Shown in pieces: positions 10,272-20,371 of a DNA stretch of 64,000 bases (positions are counted from its first letter, which is position 1; each line of letters begins with the position of its first letter). The stretch is from Gaiella sp. (GTDB taxonomy: Bacteria; Actinomycetota; Thermoleophilia; Gaiellales; Gaiellaceae). The translations under genes were made by a program, and so were the position numbers. The stretch is taken from assembly GCA_036556865.1 (NCBI GenBank), contig DATBIQ010000138.1, positions 1,441 through 65,440 on the forward strand. Direction: 5' to 3'. The notes under the pieces are model-generated. The model was not told the DNA's origin. It was given only the letters and a program-made list of their open reading frames with translations, and did not search any database.

Positions 10272-11644
10272 TCCTCGGCTCCGGAGCGTCGATCTCCGCT
10301 CGCCTCCGCCTCGAGTCTCTGCCCCCGCCGTTGCCGAACGTTCGCGAGAACGATGAGCGACGCCGTGAAGACGATTGCGAGCGAGTAGGCGGCGTAGACA
10401 GGGACGACGCGCGCCTCGGGCAACTCCGCGCGAATGCGCTCGCGCGACAGGAACCGGGGAGGACGCGGGGGCTTCCGGAAGTCGAAGGCCGTGAGGAGGT
10501 TGTTCGCCTTCGCGTCGCGCGCGGCCAGGGGCGCCAGGCCCCAGTTGTACTCGACGAACTTCAGGATCGATGTGAAGTCGAGCACCGTGCTGTCGACGTG
10601 GCCGCGCCGCGCGTACGGGCTGACGAGCAACGCGGGCACCCTGAACCCGTAGCCGTACCGGTCGACGCGAGGGGGCGGCACGTGGTCGTACCAGCCGCCC
10701 CAGTCGTCGTACGTCCAGAGGAACGCGGAGCGCCGCCATTCATCGCTTGCCATGAGGGCGTTGATCAGCGTGCGGACGAAGCGCTCTCCCGCCTGGATCG
10801 AGCCCGGCGGATGCTCGCTCGCCCCCGACGGGACGATGAACGAGACCGCGGGAAGGGTGCCACGCGCGAGGTCGTCGAAGTACTGGTTCAGGTCGACGAT
10901 CTTCGAGAACAGCTTCGGGTTGTCGAGGAACCGGTTGTAGGCGAGTATGGGCGCCCAGATGAACTGCGCGCCGCGGTCGCCCGTCGCGGGAGTGCGGTAG
11001 TTGTTCCGTGGGTCGTAGTTCTGGATGTAGAACTTCCAGCTGATCCCCTTGGCCTCGAGACGATCGAAGATCGTCGGCAGGTTCCCCCAGCCGTTCGCGG
11101 GGATCCGCTCGCGGTCGTCGGTCCGCCCGGGCGCGGCGGCCACCGCGTACAGGTGGTTGCGAACACTGCCGCCCGCGGCGGAGGAGAAGAAGCGGTCGAA
11201 CAGGACGTACTGGTCGGCGATGTTCCAGTAGTAGGGCAGATCACGATCGTCGTAGAAGCCCATGGCCGTGCGTGCGAGCGGGCCCCGGTCGGCGAAGACG
11301 TGGACGAAGCCGTCCATGCGTCCCCGGTCGAACTGCGCCTCGTGGGTCTGGACCCGGTGGTCGAGGTCGACCACCTGGTGACCCCCGATCCAGAACGGCT
11401 TCACGCAGCCGAGCTTCGGATTCTTCGGGTTCCACGGCATGCACGTGCCCTTCGGAGGCCCGTCGGCACCGGGGTACGTCCCGAAGTAGTTGTCGAAGGA
11501 GTGGTTCTCCTGCATCAGGAAGACGAACCGATCGACCGGTGTCCGCGCGCGTGGCTCTCCGCTCGCTGCGTCGGCTGCGCTCGCGCCGAGCAGGGCGGCG
11601 ACCGCTGCTGCGGCGAGGACGCCCGCAAGAGGCGACCTAGTCAT
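10268..11644 (-). CDS. Phospholipase C / acid phosphatase (phosphoesterase family), membrane anchored
   Basis: [45 protein letters not shown]. Confidence 0.9.
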   Translation of the reverse strand: MTRSPLAGVLAAAAVAALLGASAADAASGEPRARTPVDRFVFLMQENHSFDNYFGTYPGADGPPKGTCMPWNPKNPKLGCVKPFWIGGHQVVDLDHRVQTHEAQFDRGRMDGFVHVFADRGPLARTAMGFYDDRDLPYYWNIADQYVLFDRFFSSAAGGSVRNHLYAVAAAPGRTDDRERIPANGWGNLPTIFDRLEAKGISWKFYIQNYDPRNNYRTPATGDRGAQFIWAPILAYNRFLDNPKLFSKIVDLNQYFDDLARGTLPAVSFIVPSGASEHPPGSIQAGERFVRTLINALMASDEWRRSAFLWTYDDWGGWYDHVPPPRVDRYGYGFRVPALLVSPYARRGHVDSTVLDFTSILKFVEYNWGLAPLAARDAKANNLLTAFDFRKPPRPPRFLSRERIRAELPEARVVPVYAAYSLAIVFTASLIVLANVRQRRGQRLEAEASGDRRSGAEE

Positions 11645-13265
11645 CCTCGTCCCCCGCAGGCGAGGCCAGGATCGGGCGCACCTGGTACACGACGATCAGC
11701 GGCTTCCGCGCAGTCCTGCCGCCGGCCGTACGTGCGGGGGCGGTCTCCGAGTGAATGACGCGCCCGTTGTACCGGTCGGCGTACCGAAGCAACTTGCCGG
11801 AGAAGAACGACGAGCGCGCCGCCGAGAACGAGTCCCACACGAGGTACTGCAGCTCGTTGTCGCGAATCGCGAGATCCGGGTTCGTGATCGGCTTGTACGC
11901 AGGATTCCGCCGCAGCGGGTTCGTGCTGACGGAGAGGCCGTACGCCGTTCGGTGGCCGTAGTACTGGATGATGTTGGCCATCGAAGGGCCGATCGTCATG
12001 AACTGCGCCCCCGCGGGAACGTTCCTGCTGATCCACAACCCGGCCTCGCGCCCACCCGGCACGCCTCCGGAGCCGGCGAGGAACGTGTCCGTGGTCGCGG
12101 GCTGGATGCGCGCCCAGGTCACGACGAACAGCGAGAGCGCCGCGACACCCGCCGCTGCGATGCCGATCGCATCCCCCGTCAGCCGCCGGCCCGCGACGTT
12201 GAAGCGGCGCCCGCCAAGCGCCCGCACGAAGGTTCGGGCCGCGAGGACGGCGACGGCCGGCGCAGCGGGAAGGAGGTACTGGAAGCCCTTGACCGGCCAG
12301 AGTTCGAAGAAGATCGCCGGCACGACGATCCAGGAGACGAGAAGGCGCTCGCGCCACGAACGATCTCGGCGGAGCAGCCACAGTCCGACGACGGCCGCGG
12401 CCACGACGAGGTATCCCATCGCCTCCGTGACCTCCGTCGGATAGAACGTCAAGCTGTGGTTCGGTCGGCGGAAGAGTTGCCACGCCAGATACTGGCCACC
12501 GGTCTCCGACCGGCCCGCGAACGTCATCGACAGCGGGAAGAGAATCGCGACGCCACCCATCGCGACCAGCCCGAGGAGGATGTCGCGGAACCGCACCCGG
12601 ATCTCGGGTGAGAGAGCGAGGAACGCGTAGATGGACCCGACCAGGAGGATGCCGGTTTCCTTTCCCAGCACGGTCAGTCCCATCGCTGCCCCGGCGGAGT
12701 ACAGCCAGAGCGGACGTCCGGAGACGGAGAACCGGACGACCAGATACAGGGCGAGCGTCGAGCAGAAGACCATCGGCCCGTCCAGCAGGACCTGACGCGT
12801 GACGAGGACGTGGTAGGGCATGACGGCGAGGAAGCCCGCCGCGATCCAGCCGACTCGGGTGCCGTAGAGGAGCGCCCCGATTCGGTAGGTCAGGTAGATC
12901 GTCGCGACCCCGATGGCGGCTGTCACGACGCGGCCGAAGAGGTCGTAGCCACCGAAGTGGAAGCCGATCGAGAGCACCGACTGGAAGAGGAGCGGGTGCG
13001 AGCGGAACGTCGGGAAGAACTCGGAGAGCACCGGATGTCCGGCCAGGGACGCCGCCTGACCCGCGTAGACGGCCTCGTCGCTGTTGAAGCCGTACCGGTT
13101 GAGCTCCCACAGACGCACGAAGCTGCCCATGGCGAGAATCGCCGGCAGGACGAGGACATTCGCTCGCCGCCGGGCGCGCACCGTCGCGAAGGCGCGTGGG
13201 ACGCGGAGAAGGTGACGCGACGACGTGAGCGCGGCCTGCTCTGCCGCCGCGCGCGCCTCGCTCAT
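11637..13265 (-). CDS. GT-C glycosyltransferase (GT39/PMT-ArnT-like)
   Basis: Multi-TM; SDEAVY loop motif, HPLLF, LGKETG. Confidence 0.85.
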   Translation of the reverse strand: MSEARAAAEQAALTSSRHLLRVPRAFATVRARRRANVLVLPAILAMGSFVRLWELNRYGFNSDEAVYAGQAASLAGHPVLSEFFPTFRSHPLLFQSVLSIGFHFGGYDLFGRVVTAAIGVATIYLTYRIGALLYGTRVGWIAAGFLAVMPYHVLVTRQVLLDGPMVFCSTLALYLVVRFSVSGRPLWLYSAGAAMGLTVLGKETGILLVGSIYAFLALSPEIRVRFRDILLGLVAMGGVAILFPLSMTFAGRSETGGQYLAWQLFRRPNHSLTFYPTEVTEAMGYLVVAAAVVGLWLLRRDRSWRERLLVSWIVVPAIFFELWPVKGFQYLLPAAPAVAVLAARTFVRALGGRRFNVAGRRLTGDAIGIAAAGVAALSLFVVTWARIQPATTDTFLAGSGGVPGGREAGLWISRNVPAGAQFMTIGPSMANIIQYYGHRTAYGLSVSTNPLRRNPAYKPITNPDLAIRDNELQYLVWDSFSAARSSFFSGKLLRYADRYNGRVIHSETAPARTAGGRTARKPLIVVYQVRPILASPAGDEDD

Positions 13266-15601
13266 TCAGGGGCGACGGACAGGCTGACAGCAGCGCCTAT
13301 GACCTCCTGCTGCGGCGAGGGATCGGACGCCGCCGTGCGGGCGCCGAGTGTGGAGACGAGGTGGCGCCACCACTCCATCGTCTGACTGCGAACGAGCGTC
13401 GCCGAAGTCTCCGCGAGTGCGGACGTGACGATCGCCTGCTCGGCGGCGTGAAGGTCCTCATCGCCGTTGCCGTGCAGAAACGCCGCGATCTCCGCGTAGG
13501 GCGGGAAGCCGTAGGCGTCTTCGCAATTCCGTAGGAGCTCGCTCACCGCGTGCGGGCCGGTGAGGGAGGTGACGGTGTCGGAGCCTCTCTCGATGATGAC
13601 CAGGTGCCGCACGCGGGCCTGGGTCGCGAACTCGACGTGCGGGACGAGGCGATCGACGTGGTACTTGGGCGGCGGGACGAGCAGCTGGACGATGGCGTTG
13701 ATCGTCGCGACGGGCAGCCGGGTCTTGGTGAGCAAGAAGGCGAACTGCCGGCCGGATCGCGAGTGGATCCTGCTCTGGAGGGGCAAGCCGAGGCGCTGCC
13801 GCCAAGAGAGCGTCGGCGCTCGCACAGCGGCGACCGTGTGCCGGCTCACCGTCAGGGGCTTCGGGTACGTGAGGACCAGGCCCTCCGGCGTGAGCAGGGT
13901 CAGGTCGTCGGAGAGGAACGCGCAGTCGCAGGCGTCGAGCGTCTTCAGGATCGTGGTCGTCTTCCCGGTGTCGGTTCTCGCGGTGACGAGCACCGCCTCG
14001 CCGTCGAACGAGAGGCAGGCCGCGTGGACGAGCGCATAGCCCTTGCGCACGAACGTCCAGCGGAGGATCGGCTCGACGACGTTGGTGTAGAGCACGTGTG
14101 GCGAGACACGCAGGAGCGGCGACGCAATGACCGTCGTGCGCCTTCCCCCGACGATGTCGACCGTGAAGCCGAACTGCCCGAGGCCCTCGTCGTAGCGAAT
14201 GTGACGTCCGGTCGAAGCCAGGAGCTCGACCAGCCCGCTCTGTTTCCGACTCAGGGCGCCGGTGCGCACGCGGATCTGCGCAGGACGTCCGAGGGCCGGA
14301 ACAGAGAAGCGCTCGAGCTCGGGGAGCGCCACGTCGGACTCGACACCGACCAGCCCGTGGACGTCGTACAACGCGAGCGTCGCTCGGCCGTCTGCCTCAC
14401 GGCGGCCCGCCTTCCAGATCCACGAGTCGGCGACGACAAAGCGAGCGAGCGTCAGGGCCACGAGCGAGACGAAGTTGCCGAGCAGCGGGTCGAGGTTGAG
14501 CACGTCGACGAGCCCGAGGAGCAACGGGACCCTGACGAGCAAGGAGAGGTTGTTCATCAGGAAGTACAGGACGAAGCGGGACGCCGTCGAGCGGGCGAGC
14601 TCCCGGTTCCTGAAGACCCACCGATCGGTCAGGAGGAAGAGCCAGACCGTCGACCCCTGCGTGGCGAGGAGGGCAGCGGGCACGTAATGGACGCCCAGCG
14701 CGAGGAACGCTGCAAACAGCGCCATGTTCACGAGGAGCCCGGAAGCTCCGACGAGCCCGAACCTGGTGAAGAGCCGTGGCATGGCGCCGAAGCGCAGTGC
14801 CGCGAGCTGCCCCAGGTAGGCCATCCCCTCGGAGAGCGAGGCCTTGCTCTCGCCGGCGTGGCGCTCGCCGAAGGAGAACGGCACCTCGGTCACGCGGAGT
14901 CGCGCCGTCCGGGCCAGGATCTCGAGCAGGATCTTGAAGCCTCGCGGCTGCAGCGATGCCGTGTCGACCGCCCTCCGCCGGACGAGGAAGAAGCCGCTCA
15001 TCGGGTCCGTGACCGAGCGCAGACGGCGTGGGAACAGGACCCGCGCACCCACGGTCGAGACCTTCGACGCCAGCCCGCGTAGCGCCGCGAAGTTGCTCGA
15101 GCCGCTCGCCACGTACCGACTCGCGACGACGAGGTCCACGTCGCCCCTCTCGGCCCGCGCGAGGAGCTCGGGCAGCAGCTCGGGCGGGTGTTGGAGGTCC
15201 GCGTCCATGACGCAGATCCAGGTCGCCCGACTGTCATCGATCCCTGCCACGACTGCACCGCTCAATCCACCCTGCCGCTCCTCCGGCGGCCGGTGGATCA
15301 GCCTCACCGGGATGTCGAGTCGTCGGCGTGCGCGTTCGATCGCGGCCGGCGTGTCGTCGTTCGAGTCGTCTACGAAGAGGATCTCGGCGTCGCTCGGAAG
15401 CACCTGCTCGAGGCGCTCGGCGAGAACCTCGACGTTCCCGGCCTCGTTTCGGGTCGGTACGACGACGGTGACGCTCGGCACCGTGGACCGGCCGCCGTTG
15501 CTGCCGGCGAACGTGACGCCGTCGAAGCCCGCGTCGGGTATGCGTTCCTCCCGCTCGCCGTCTGCGGCGCGCGAGACGTCAGGCCTCTGTGCCTTCGACA
15601 C
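13262..15601 (-). CDS. Fusion: polyprenol-phosphate mannose synthase-like GT2 + GtrA flippase + HprK-like P-loop kinase domain
   Basis: VVVPTRNE, VDDS, MDADLQHPPE, DPMSGFF, GFKILLE; four-TM GtrA segment (RFGLVGASGLLVN); HAA...ARTDTGKTTT...LSDD. Confidence 0.85.
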   Translation of the reverse strand: MSKAQRPDVSRAADGEREERIPDAGFDGVTFAGSNGGRSTVPSVTVVVPTRNEAGNVEVLAERLEQVLPSDAEILFVDDSNDDTPAAIERARRRLDIPVRLIHRPPEERQGGLSGAVVAGIDDSRATWICVMDADLQHPPELLPELLARAERGDVDLVVASRYVASGSSNFAALRGLASKVSTVGARVLFPRRLRSVTDPMSGFFLVRRRAVDTASLQPRGFKILLEILARTARLRVTEVPFSFGERHAGESKASLSEGMAYLGQLAALRFGAMPRLFTRFGLVGASGLLVNMALFAAFLALGVHYVPAALLATQGSTVWLFLLTDRWVFRNRELARSTASRFVLYFLMNNLSLLVRVPLLLGLVDVLNLDPLLGNFVSLVALTLARFVVADSWIWKAGRREADGRATLALYDVHGLVGVESDVALPELERFSVPALGRPAQIRVRTGALSRKQSGLVELLASTGRHIRYDEGLGQFGFTVDIVGGRRTTVIASPLLRVSPHVLYTNVVEPILRWTFVRKGYALVHAACLSFDGEAVLVTARTDTGKTTTILKTLDACDCAFLSDDLTLLTPEGLVLTYPKPLTVSRHTVAAVRAPTLSWRQRLGLPLQSRIHSRSGRQFAFLLTKTRLPVATINAIVQLLVPPPKYHVDRLVPHVEFATQARVRHLVIIERGSDTVTSLTGPHAVSELLRNCEDAYGFPPYAEIAAFLHGNGDEDLHAAEQAIVTSALAETSATLVRSQTMEWWRHLVSTLGARTAASDPSPQQEVIGAAVSLSVAPE

Positions 15602-15959
15602 CGCAGGATCGTAGGAACGCCCTTCTGTTGAGTTCTACGCCTCGGAAGTGCAGGATTTTGTGGCACTCGCCCTACCCGATCGAGTGGTTTCGGTGCCGAT
15701 CCACGGTCGAATCCCTCGTCGTCTGTGCAGCGGAAACGACCGCGTGACGGGGCTCCGAGCCGGCTCCAGGCTGGTTTGGAGCGTCGTTCGGGGGCGCAGC
15801 ACCGGAGGTCCGGGTAGGTCGGCCTCGAGCTGGGGCGTCCTACCCGATCGTCGTGTAGGACGGGAGCGAGAGGCCTTCTACGATCGTACGCGTGCAGGCC
15901 TCGCCGGATCGCCGAGACGACGGGCCGGGGCGGAATCGCTGCTCGGTTCCCGGAGACGG

Positions 15960-16958
15960 GTGAGAACGCCTGTCACCGTGGGTGTCGTCGGCCCCGCCTC
16001 GTGGGCCGTCGAAGTCGCAGGGCTCCTTGCAGAGGTGCCTCAGGCGGAGCTGTGCTGGGTCCACGATCCGGCGGGCCACATGGAGATGGTGAGGGCGCTC
16101 CTCGGCAGCGGCCGGATCGCGCCGACGCTCGATGCGGCACTCGGAGACGAGGCACTCGATGCGGTCATCCTCGGCGGCATGCCGTCCAGCGACCGAACCG
16201 AGCTTGCGCGTGCGGTCCTCGGCGCGGACAAACACCTGCTCCTCTCGTCGCCCCTGGCCTCGAGTCGCGGGGAGGCTCAGGAGCTCGTGGCTCTCGCACG
16301 ACGGCGGCGACTCCGACTGGCGCTCGCACACGGGTTCCCCTTCTCCCCGGCGATGATCAAGCTACGCCAGCTGCTCGTCGACGGTGAGCTCGGAGAGCTG
16401 TACTACCTCGACGTCGTGCACCGGGATCCGTCGTCGCGCGGAACGGCAAGCGACGTCCTCAGTCGTCTGGGGCCGGAGCAACTCGCCCTCGTGAGCCATC
16501 TGCTGGGGGACGAGGCCGTCGAGGTGAACGTGCGCGGAGAGTCCTACGTCGTGAGGGGAGTGGTCGACGTCGCCCACCTCTCCATGCGGTTCGCAACAGG
16601 CATTTCGGCGCAGATAAGGCTCTCGTGGCTCGGTCACGCAAGCTCCTACCGCCTCGTCGCGGTCGGCGCGGAGAGGACGGCCGTCGTCGAGAGCGGGCGC
16701 GGCGACCGCGCGCTCGAGATCCACCGGGCCGACGGCACGGTCCTCGTCCCCCGGCTCGGCAAGGACAGGTCGCTCGAGCTCGCCTGCGCGAGCTTCCTGA
16801 CGTTCGCGCCCGGGCAGAAGGACGACGCCGAGGTCGAGGAGGCCGGGCGTCTCGTGCGCCTGGTCGAGGCGCTGCACCTCTCGTTGGACGAGCACCACGA
16901 GAGCCACCCGGCAGAGGCCGGCTCGGCGCCTGTTGTGGTCGCCTTGCCGACGCGTTGA
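15960..16958 (+). CDS. Gfo/Idh/MocA family homolog with degenerate catalytic motifs
   Basis: Family pattern (LDAVIL, GELGELYYLD, F..GISAQIRLSWL), but EKP replaced by SSP; start estimated. Confidence 0.75.
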   Translation: MRTPVTVGVVGPASWAVEVAGLLAEVPQAELCWVHDPAGHMEMVRALLGSGRIAPTLDAALGDEALDAVILGGMPSSDRTELARAVLGADKHLLLSSPLASSRGEAQELVALARRRRLRLALAHGFPFSPAMIKLRQLLVDGELGELYYLDVVHRDPSSRGTASDVLSRLGPEQLALVSHLLGDEAVEVNVRGESYVVRGVVDVAHLSMRFATGISAQIRLSWLGHASSYRLVAVGAERTAVVESGRGDRALEIHRADGTVLVPRLGKDRSLELACASFLTFAPGQKDDAEVEEAGRLVRLVEALHLSLDEHHESHPAEAGSAPVVVALPTR

Positions 16959-16974
16959 ATCGCGAGCGGGAGTG

Positions 16975-17616
16975 TCAGGCGACCGAGCGGATCAGCCCGT
17001 GAGTCTGCGCCCAGCGACTCGCTTCCGTGCGATTCGCGATCTCGAGCTTCCGATAGATGTTCGAGAGGTGGAACTTGACCGTCTGCTCCGTCACCCAGAG
17101 GAGACGCGCGAGCTGGGCGTTCGAGTGGCCCTCGGCGACGAGTTGCAGCACCTCGAGCTCCCGTGGCGTCAAGCCGGCTGCGACGGTGCTCGCGGCCTGG
17201 CTGTTGCCGGCCGTCGGAAGTGTCGGAAGATGCAGCGTGTGCGCGGACGTCTGCCGAATGGCCGCCGCGAGATCATCGGCCTCGGCACTCTTCAGCACGT
17301 ACGCGAATGCCCCGGCGGCGAGGATCGCGTTGACGCGGCCAGGCTCGGCGTTGGGAGAAAGCACGATCACGTTGAGGTGCTGTGCGCGCTCACGGACTCG
17401 CCGAATGTGTGCGAGCGCCTCGATCTCCACCGAGAACGCTTCGGTACCGACGATGTGCAACTCCGGCTGCAACGTCTCGACGAGCCCGAGCGCGACATCG
17501 GGATCCGTTGTGACCTCCGTGCGTTCGAAGCCCTCGCCCGCAACGACGAACTCGATCGCGTCGAGCCAAACGGGATACCGATCCAACACGATCGCGGTGC
17601 GCCGCAGCACCGACAT
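16975..17616 (-). CDS. NarL/LuxR-type response regulator, atypical receiver
   Basis: LTPRELEVLQLVAEGHSNAQLA...TVKFHLSNIYRKL; beta3 ends HIVG rather than LLD. Confidence 0.9.
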   Translation of the reverse strand: MSVLRRTAIVLDRYPVWLDAIEFVVAGEGFERTEVTTDPDVALGLVETLQPELHIVGTEAFSVEIEALAHIRRVRERAQHLNVIVLSPNAEPGRVNAILAAGAFAYVLKSAEADDLAAAIRQTSAHTLHLPTLPTAGNSQAASTVAAGLTPRELEVLQLVAEGHSNAQLARLLWVTEQTVKFHLSNIYRKLEIANRTEASRWAQTHGLIRSVA

Positions 17617-17782
17617 CCTGTGCGTCCCTCCCCCGAACCTCCCCTTCCCCTTCGTAGGACGCTATCGCACTCGGACGGGGTTGTAAAGATCTGGTGACAG
17701 ATGATACGACATCAGGGACTGACGGTCGGCTGGACACGGGGGAGGGCTCGGTGCAGGTGGTTGACGGACCTGGAGGCAGGAC

Positions 17783-18430
17783 GTGATACACGGCGCGAGC
17801 CTGGCCCGGGTGGTGGTCGTCGACCTCCAGCCGCTCGTGTCCCAGGCGTTCGCAGCCCGTCTCTCCACGCGCGGCTTCTCGGTGCTTGCCATTCTGCGTT
17901 CGGGTGCCGAGGCTGTCGCCTTCGTGACGGAGGCCGGCGTCGACGTCCTCCTGCTCGGTCTCCCGCTCCGCGGTGAGGGTCTGGCATGCCTTCGCGGCGT
18001 TCTCGCGGCGTCCCCGGGTCTGCAGGTGGTCGTCTGCAACGCGCCCGGTGAGGGTGACCCCGAGACCGCGCTCGCGGAGGGCGCGGCCGCCTTCGTCGAG
18101 CGATCAGGGCATCCCGACGACATCGTTGCAGCGGTACGGCAGGTGGTCACGCGCTCGATCTTCTTTGCACAGTCGGAGCACCGGCCCGCGCAGCGACGGA
18201 TGGCGGCGCCGCTCACCTCGGGGGAACGTGAGATCGCAGCGCTCGCGGGAGAGGGTGCAACGAACTCGTCGATCGCGAAGCAGCTCGGCGTCTCGGAGCA
18301 GACCGTCAGATTCCACCTGTCCAACATCTACCGTAAGCTGGGTGTCTCCAACCGGACGCAGATGAGCCTGCAGCTGCAGCTCCGGGGCGTGATAGAGACG
18401 GAGGAACGGGAGACTCCGAGGAGCGCGTAG
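17783..18430 (+). CDS. NarL/LuxR-type response regulator, atypical receiver
   Basis: LTSGEREIAAL..EGATNSSIAKQL..SEQTVRFHLSNIYRKL; beta3 DVLLLG. Confidence 0.88.
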   Translation: MIHGASLARVVVVDLQPLVSQAFAARLSTRGFSVLAILRSGAEAVAFVTEAGVDVLLLGLPLRGEGLACLRGVLAASPGLQVVVCNAPGEGDPETALAEGAAAFVERSGHPDDIVAAVRQVVTRSIFFAQSEHRPAQRRMAAPLTSGEREIAALAGEGATNSSIAKQLGVSEQTVRFHLSNIYRKLGVSNRTQMSLQLQLRGVIETEERETPRSA

Positions 18431-18452
18431 GGAGCCGGTTCGCGGTGCGCTT

Positions 18453-18461
18453 TGCTACACT
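18453..18461 (+). promoter_or_regulatory. Putative extended -10 (TGcTACACT) for the infA-rplQ operon
   Basis: TGnTAnnnT match about 87 nt upstream of infA. Confidence 0.5.
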
Positions 18462-18547
18462 CTCAGCCCGCGCCGATGCCTTCGGGTGCGCGCGGATCTC
18501 ATCATGAACACCCGCGAAGGCAGGGCGTAACCCCTGCGAGGAGTCGG

Positions 18548-18769
18548 TTGGCAGTCAAGGAAGAGAAGATCGAGGTCGAGGGCGAGGTGGTCGAGGCCCT
18601 GCCGAGCACGATGTTCCGCGTCGAGCTCGAGGGCGGCCAGTCCGTGCTCGCGAAGATCTCCGGGAAGATGCGCAAGCACTACATCCGGATCCTTCCGGGT
18701 GACCGCGTGAAGGTCGAGCTGTCCCCGTACGACCTCACGCGTGGCCGCATCACCTTCCGTCTCAAGTAG
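18548..18769 (+). CDS. infA: Translation initiation factor IF-1
   Basis: [12 protein letters not shown]...[35 protein letters not shown] start. Confidence 0.97.
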   Translation: MAVKEEKIEVEGEVVEALPSTMFRVELEGGQSVLAKISGKMRKHYIRILPGDRVKVELSPYDLTRGRITFRLK

Positions 18770-18790
18770 CCGACGACCCGGGAGCAGCTT

Positions 18791-18904
18791 TTGAAAGTCC
18801 GTCCGTCCGTGAAGCCCATGTGCGAGCGATGCCGCGTCATCAAGCGGCACGGGCGCACCATGGTCATCTGCACGAACCCCCGTCACAAGCAAAGGCAGGG
18901 CTGA
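18791..18904 (+). CDS. rpmJ: 50S ribosomal protein L36 (zinc-binding form; absent from ORF track)
   Basis: Translated by hand from [40 protein letters not shown]. Confidence 0.97.
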   Translation: MKVRPSVKPMCERCRVIKRHGRTMVICTNPRHKQRQG

Positions 18905-18911
18905 GGGTCAC

Positions 18912-19286
18912 ATGGCACGAATCGCCGGCGTCAACCTTCCGAACCAGAAGCGGCTCGAGATCGGCCTGACGTACATCTACGGGATCGGCCAGTCGACCGC
19001 GCAGAAGGTGTGCAAGGAGCTCGGCCTCGATCCCGACGAGAAGGTCAAGGACCTGACCGACGACGAGGTGACGAAGCTCCGCACCTACATCGACACGAAT
19101 CTCGAGGTCGAGGGCGACCTGCGACGGGAGCGCACCCAGGCGATCAAGCGCCTCTCCGAGATCGGCTCCTACCGCGGGCTCCGCCACCGGCGCAACCTCC
19201 CGGTGCACGGCCAGCGCACGAAGACGAACGCACGGACGCGCAAGGGCCCGAAGAAGACCGTCGGCCGCGGCAAGAAGGCGAAGTGA
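18912..19286 (+). CDS. rpsM: 30S ribosomal protein S13
   Basis: [10 protein letters not shown]...[13 protein letters not shown]. Confidence 0.98.
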   Translation: MARIAGVNLPNQKRLEIGLTYIYGIGQSTAQKVCKELGLDPDEKVKDLTDDEVTKLRTYIDTNLEVEGDLRRERTQAIKRLSEIGSYRGLRHRRNLPVHGQRTKTNARTRKGPKKTVGRGKKAK

Positions 19287-19690
19287 TGGCACCTCCTCGC
19301 AAAGCAGCCACGCGCGGCCGCACGCGCCGTCGCGTCCGCAAGAACATCGCGATCGGCCAGGCGCACATCAAGACCTCGTTCAACAACACGATCGTCTCCT
19401 TGACCGACAAGGAGGGGAACGTGATCGCCTGGGAGTCGGCGGGCTCGGCCGGCTTCAAGGGCTCGCGCAAGTCGACGCCGTTCGCCGCCCAGGTCACCGC
19501 GGACAACGCCGCGCGCAAGGGCATGGAGCACGGCCTGCAGAAGGTCGAGGTCTTCGTCAAGGGCCCCGGCTCCGGCCGCGAGACGGCGATCCGGTCGCTC
19601 CAGGCAGCCGGGCTCGAGATCCTGGGCGTCAAGGACGTCTCCCCGCAGGCCCACAACGGCGTTCGCCCGAAGAAGAGGCGGAGAGGCTAG
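19286..19690 (+). CDS. rpsK: 30S ribosomal protein S11
   Basis: [32 protein letters not shown]. Confidence 0.98.
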   Translation: MAPPRKAATRGRTRRRVRKNIAIGQAHIKTSFNNTIVSLTDKEGNVIAWESAGSAGFKGSRKSTPFAAQVTADNAARKGMEHGLQKVEVFVKGPGSGRETAIRSLQAAGLEILGVKDVSPQAHNGVRPKKRRRG

Positions 19691-20310
19691 TGGCGCGCGA
19701 CATCGGAGCGAAGTGCCGCCAGTGCCGGCGCGAGGGCATCAAGCTGTTCCTCAAGGGGGAGCGCTGCCTCACCGAGAAGTGCGCGATCGAGCGCCGCTCG
19801 TACCCGCCGGGCGAGCACGGCCGCGGTCGCATCAAGCAGAGCGAGTACCTGCTGCAGCTGCGCGAGAAGCAGAAGGCGCGCCGGTACTACGGCCTGCTCG
19901 AGAAGCAGTTCCGCAACACGTACCAGAAGGCGTCCCGCCGCACCGGCCCGACCGGCGAGAACCTGCTGCGGATGCTCGAGACCCGTCTCGACAACGTCGT
20001 CTACCGGCTCGGCTTCGCCGGCTCCCGGGCGCAGGCCAGGCAGCTCGTGCGCCACGGCCACTTCCTCGTGAACGGCCGCCGCGTCAACATCCCGAGCTTC
20101 GGCGTCCGCCCCGACGACGTCATCTCGCTCAAGCCGGGCAGCCCCGCCGAGACGATCGTCCGCGACGCAACGGATCTCACGGCCGTCGTGACTCCCTGGC
20201 TGCAGGCCGACCACGACGGGCTCACCGGCAAGGTGCTCAAGTGGCCCGAGCGTGCCGAGATCGACACGCCGGTCCAGGAATCCCTGATCGTCGAGCTCTA
20301 CTCGAAGTAA
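19690..20310 (+). CDS. rpsD: 30S ribosomal protein S4
   Basis: [32 protein letters not shown]. Confidence 0.98.
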   Translation: MARDIGAKCRQCRREGIKLFLKGERCLTEKCAIERRSYPPGEHGRGRIKQSEYLLQLREKQKARRYYGLLEKQFRNTYQKASRRTGPTGENLLRMLETRLDNVVYRLGFAGSRAQARQLVRHGHFLVNGRRVNIPSFGVRPDDVISLKPGSPAETIVRDATDLTAVVTPWLQADHDGLTGKVLKWPERAEIDTPVQESLIVELYSK

Positions 20311-20371
20311 CGGCGGGCTCCGCCGGCACTTCGCCCGAATCGCCCCGTTTCGAACCGCCCGAAAGGATCAC

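Noticed and set aside
13262..14400. HprK-like domain as part of a lasso peptide/RiPP cluster
   Set aside because: No precursor, cyclase, PqqD/RRE or peptidase genes nearby
1165..18450. Island as prophage, ICE or transposon
   Set aside because: No integrase, transposase, phage or conjugation genes; no convincing terminal repeats
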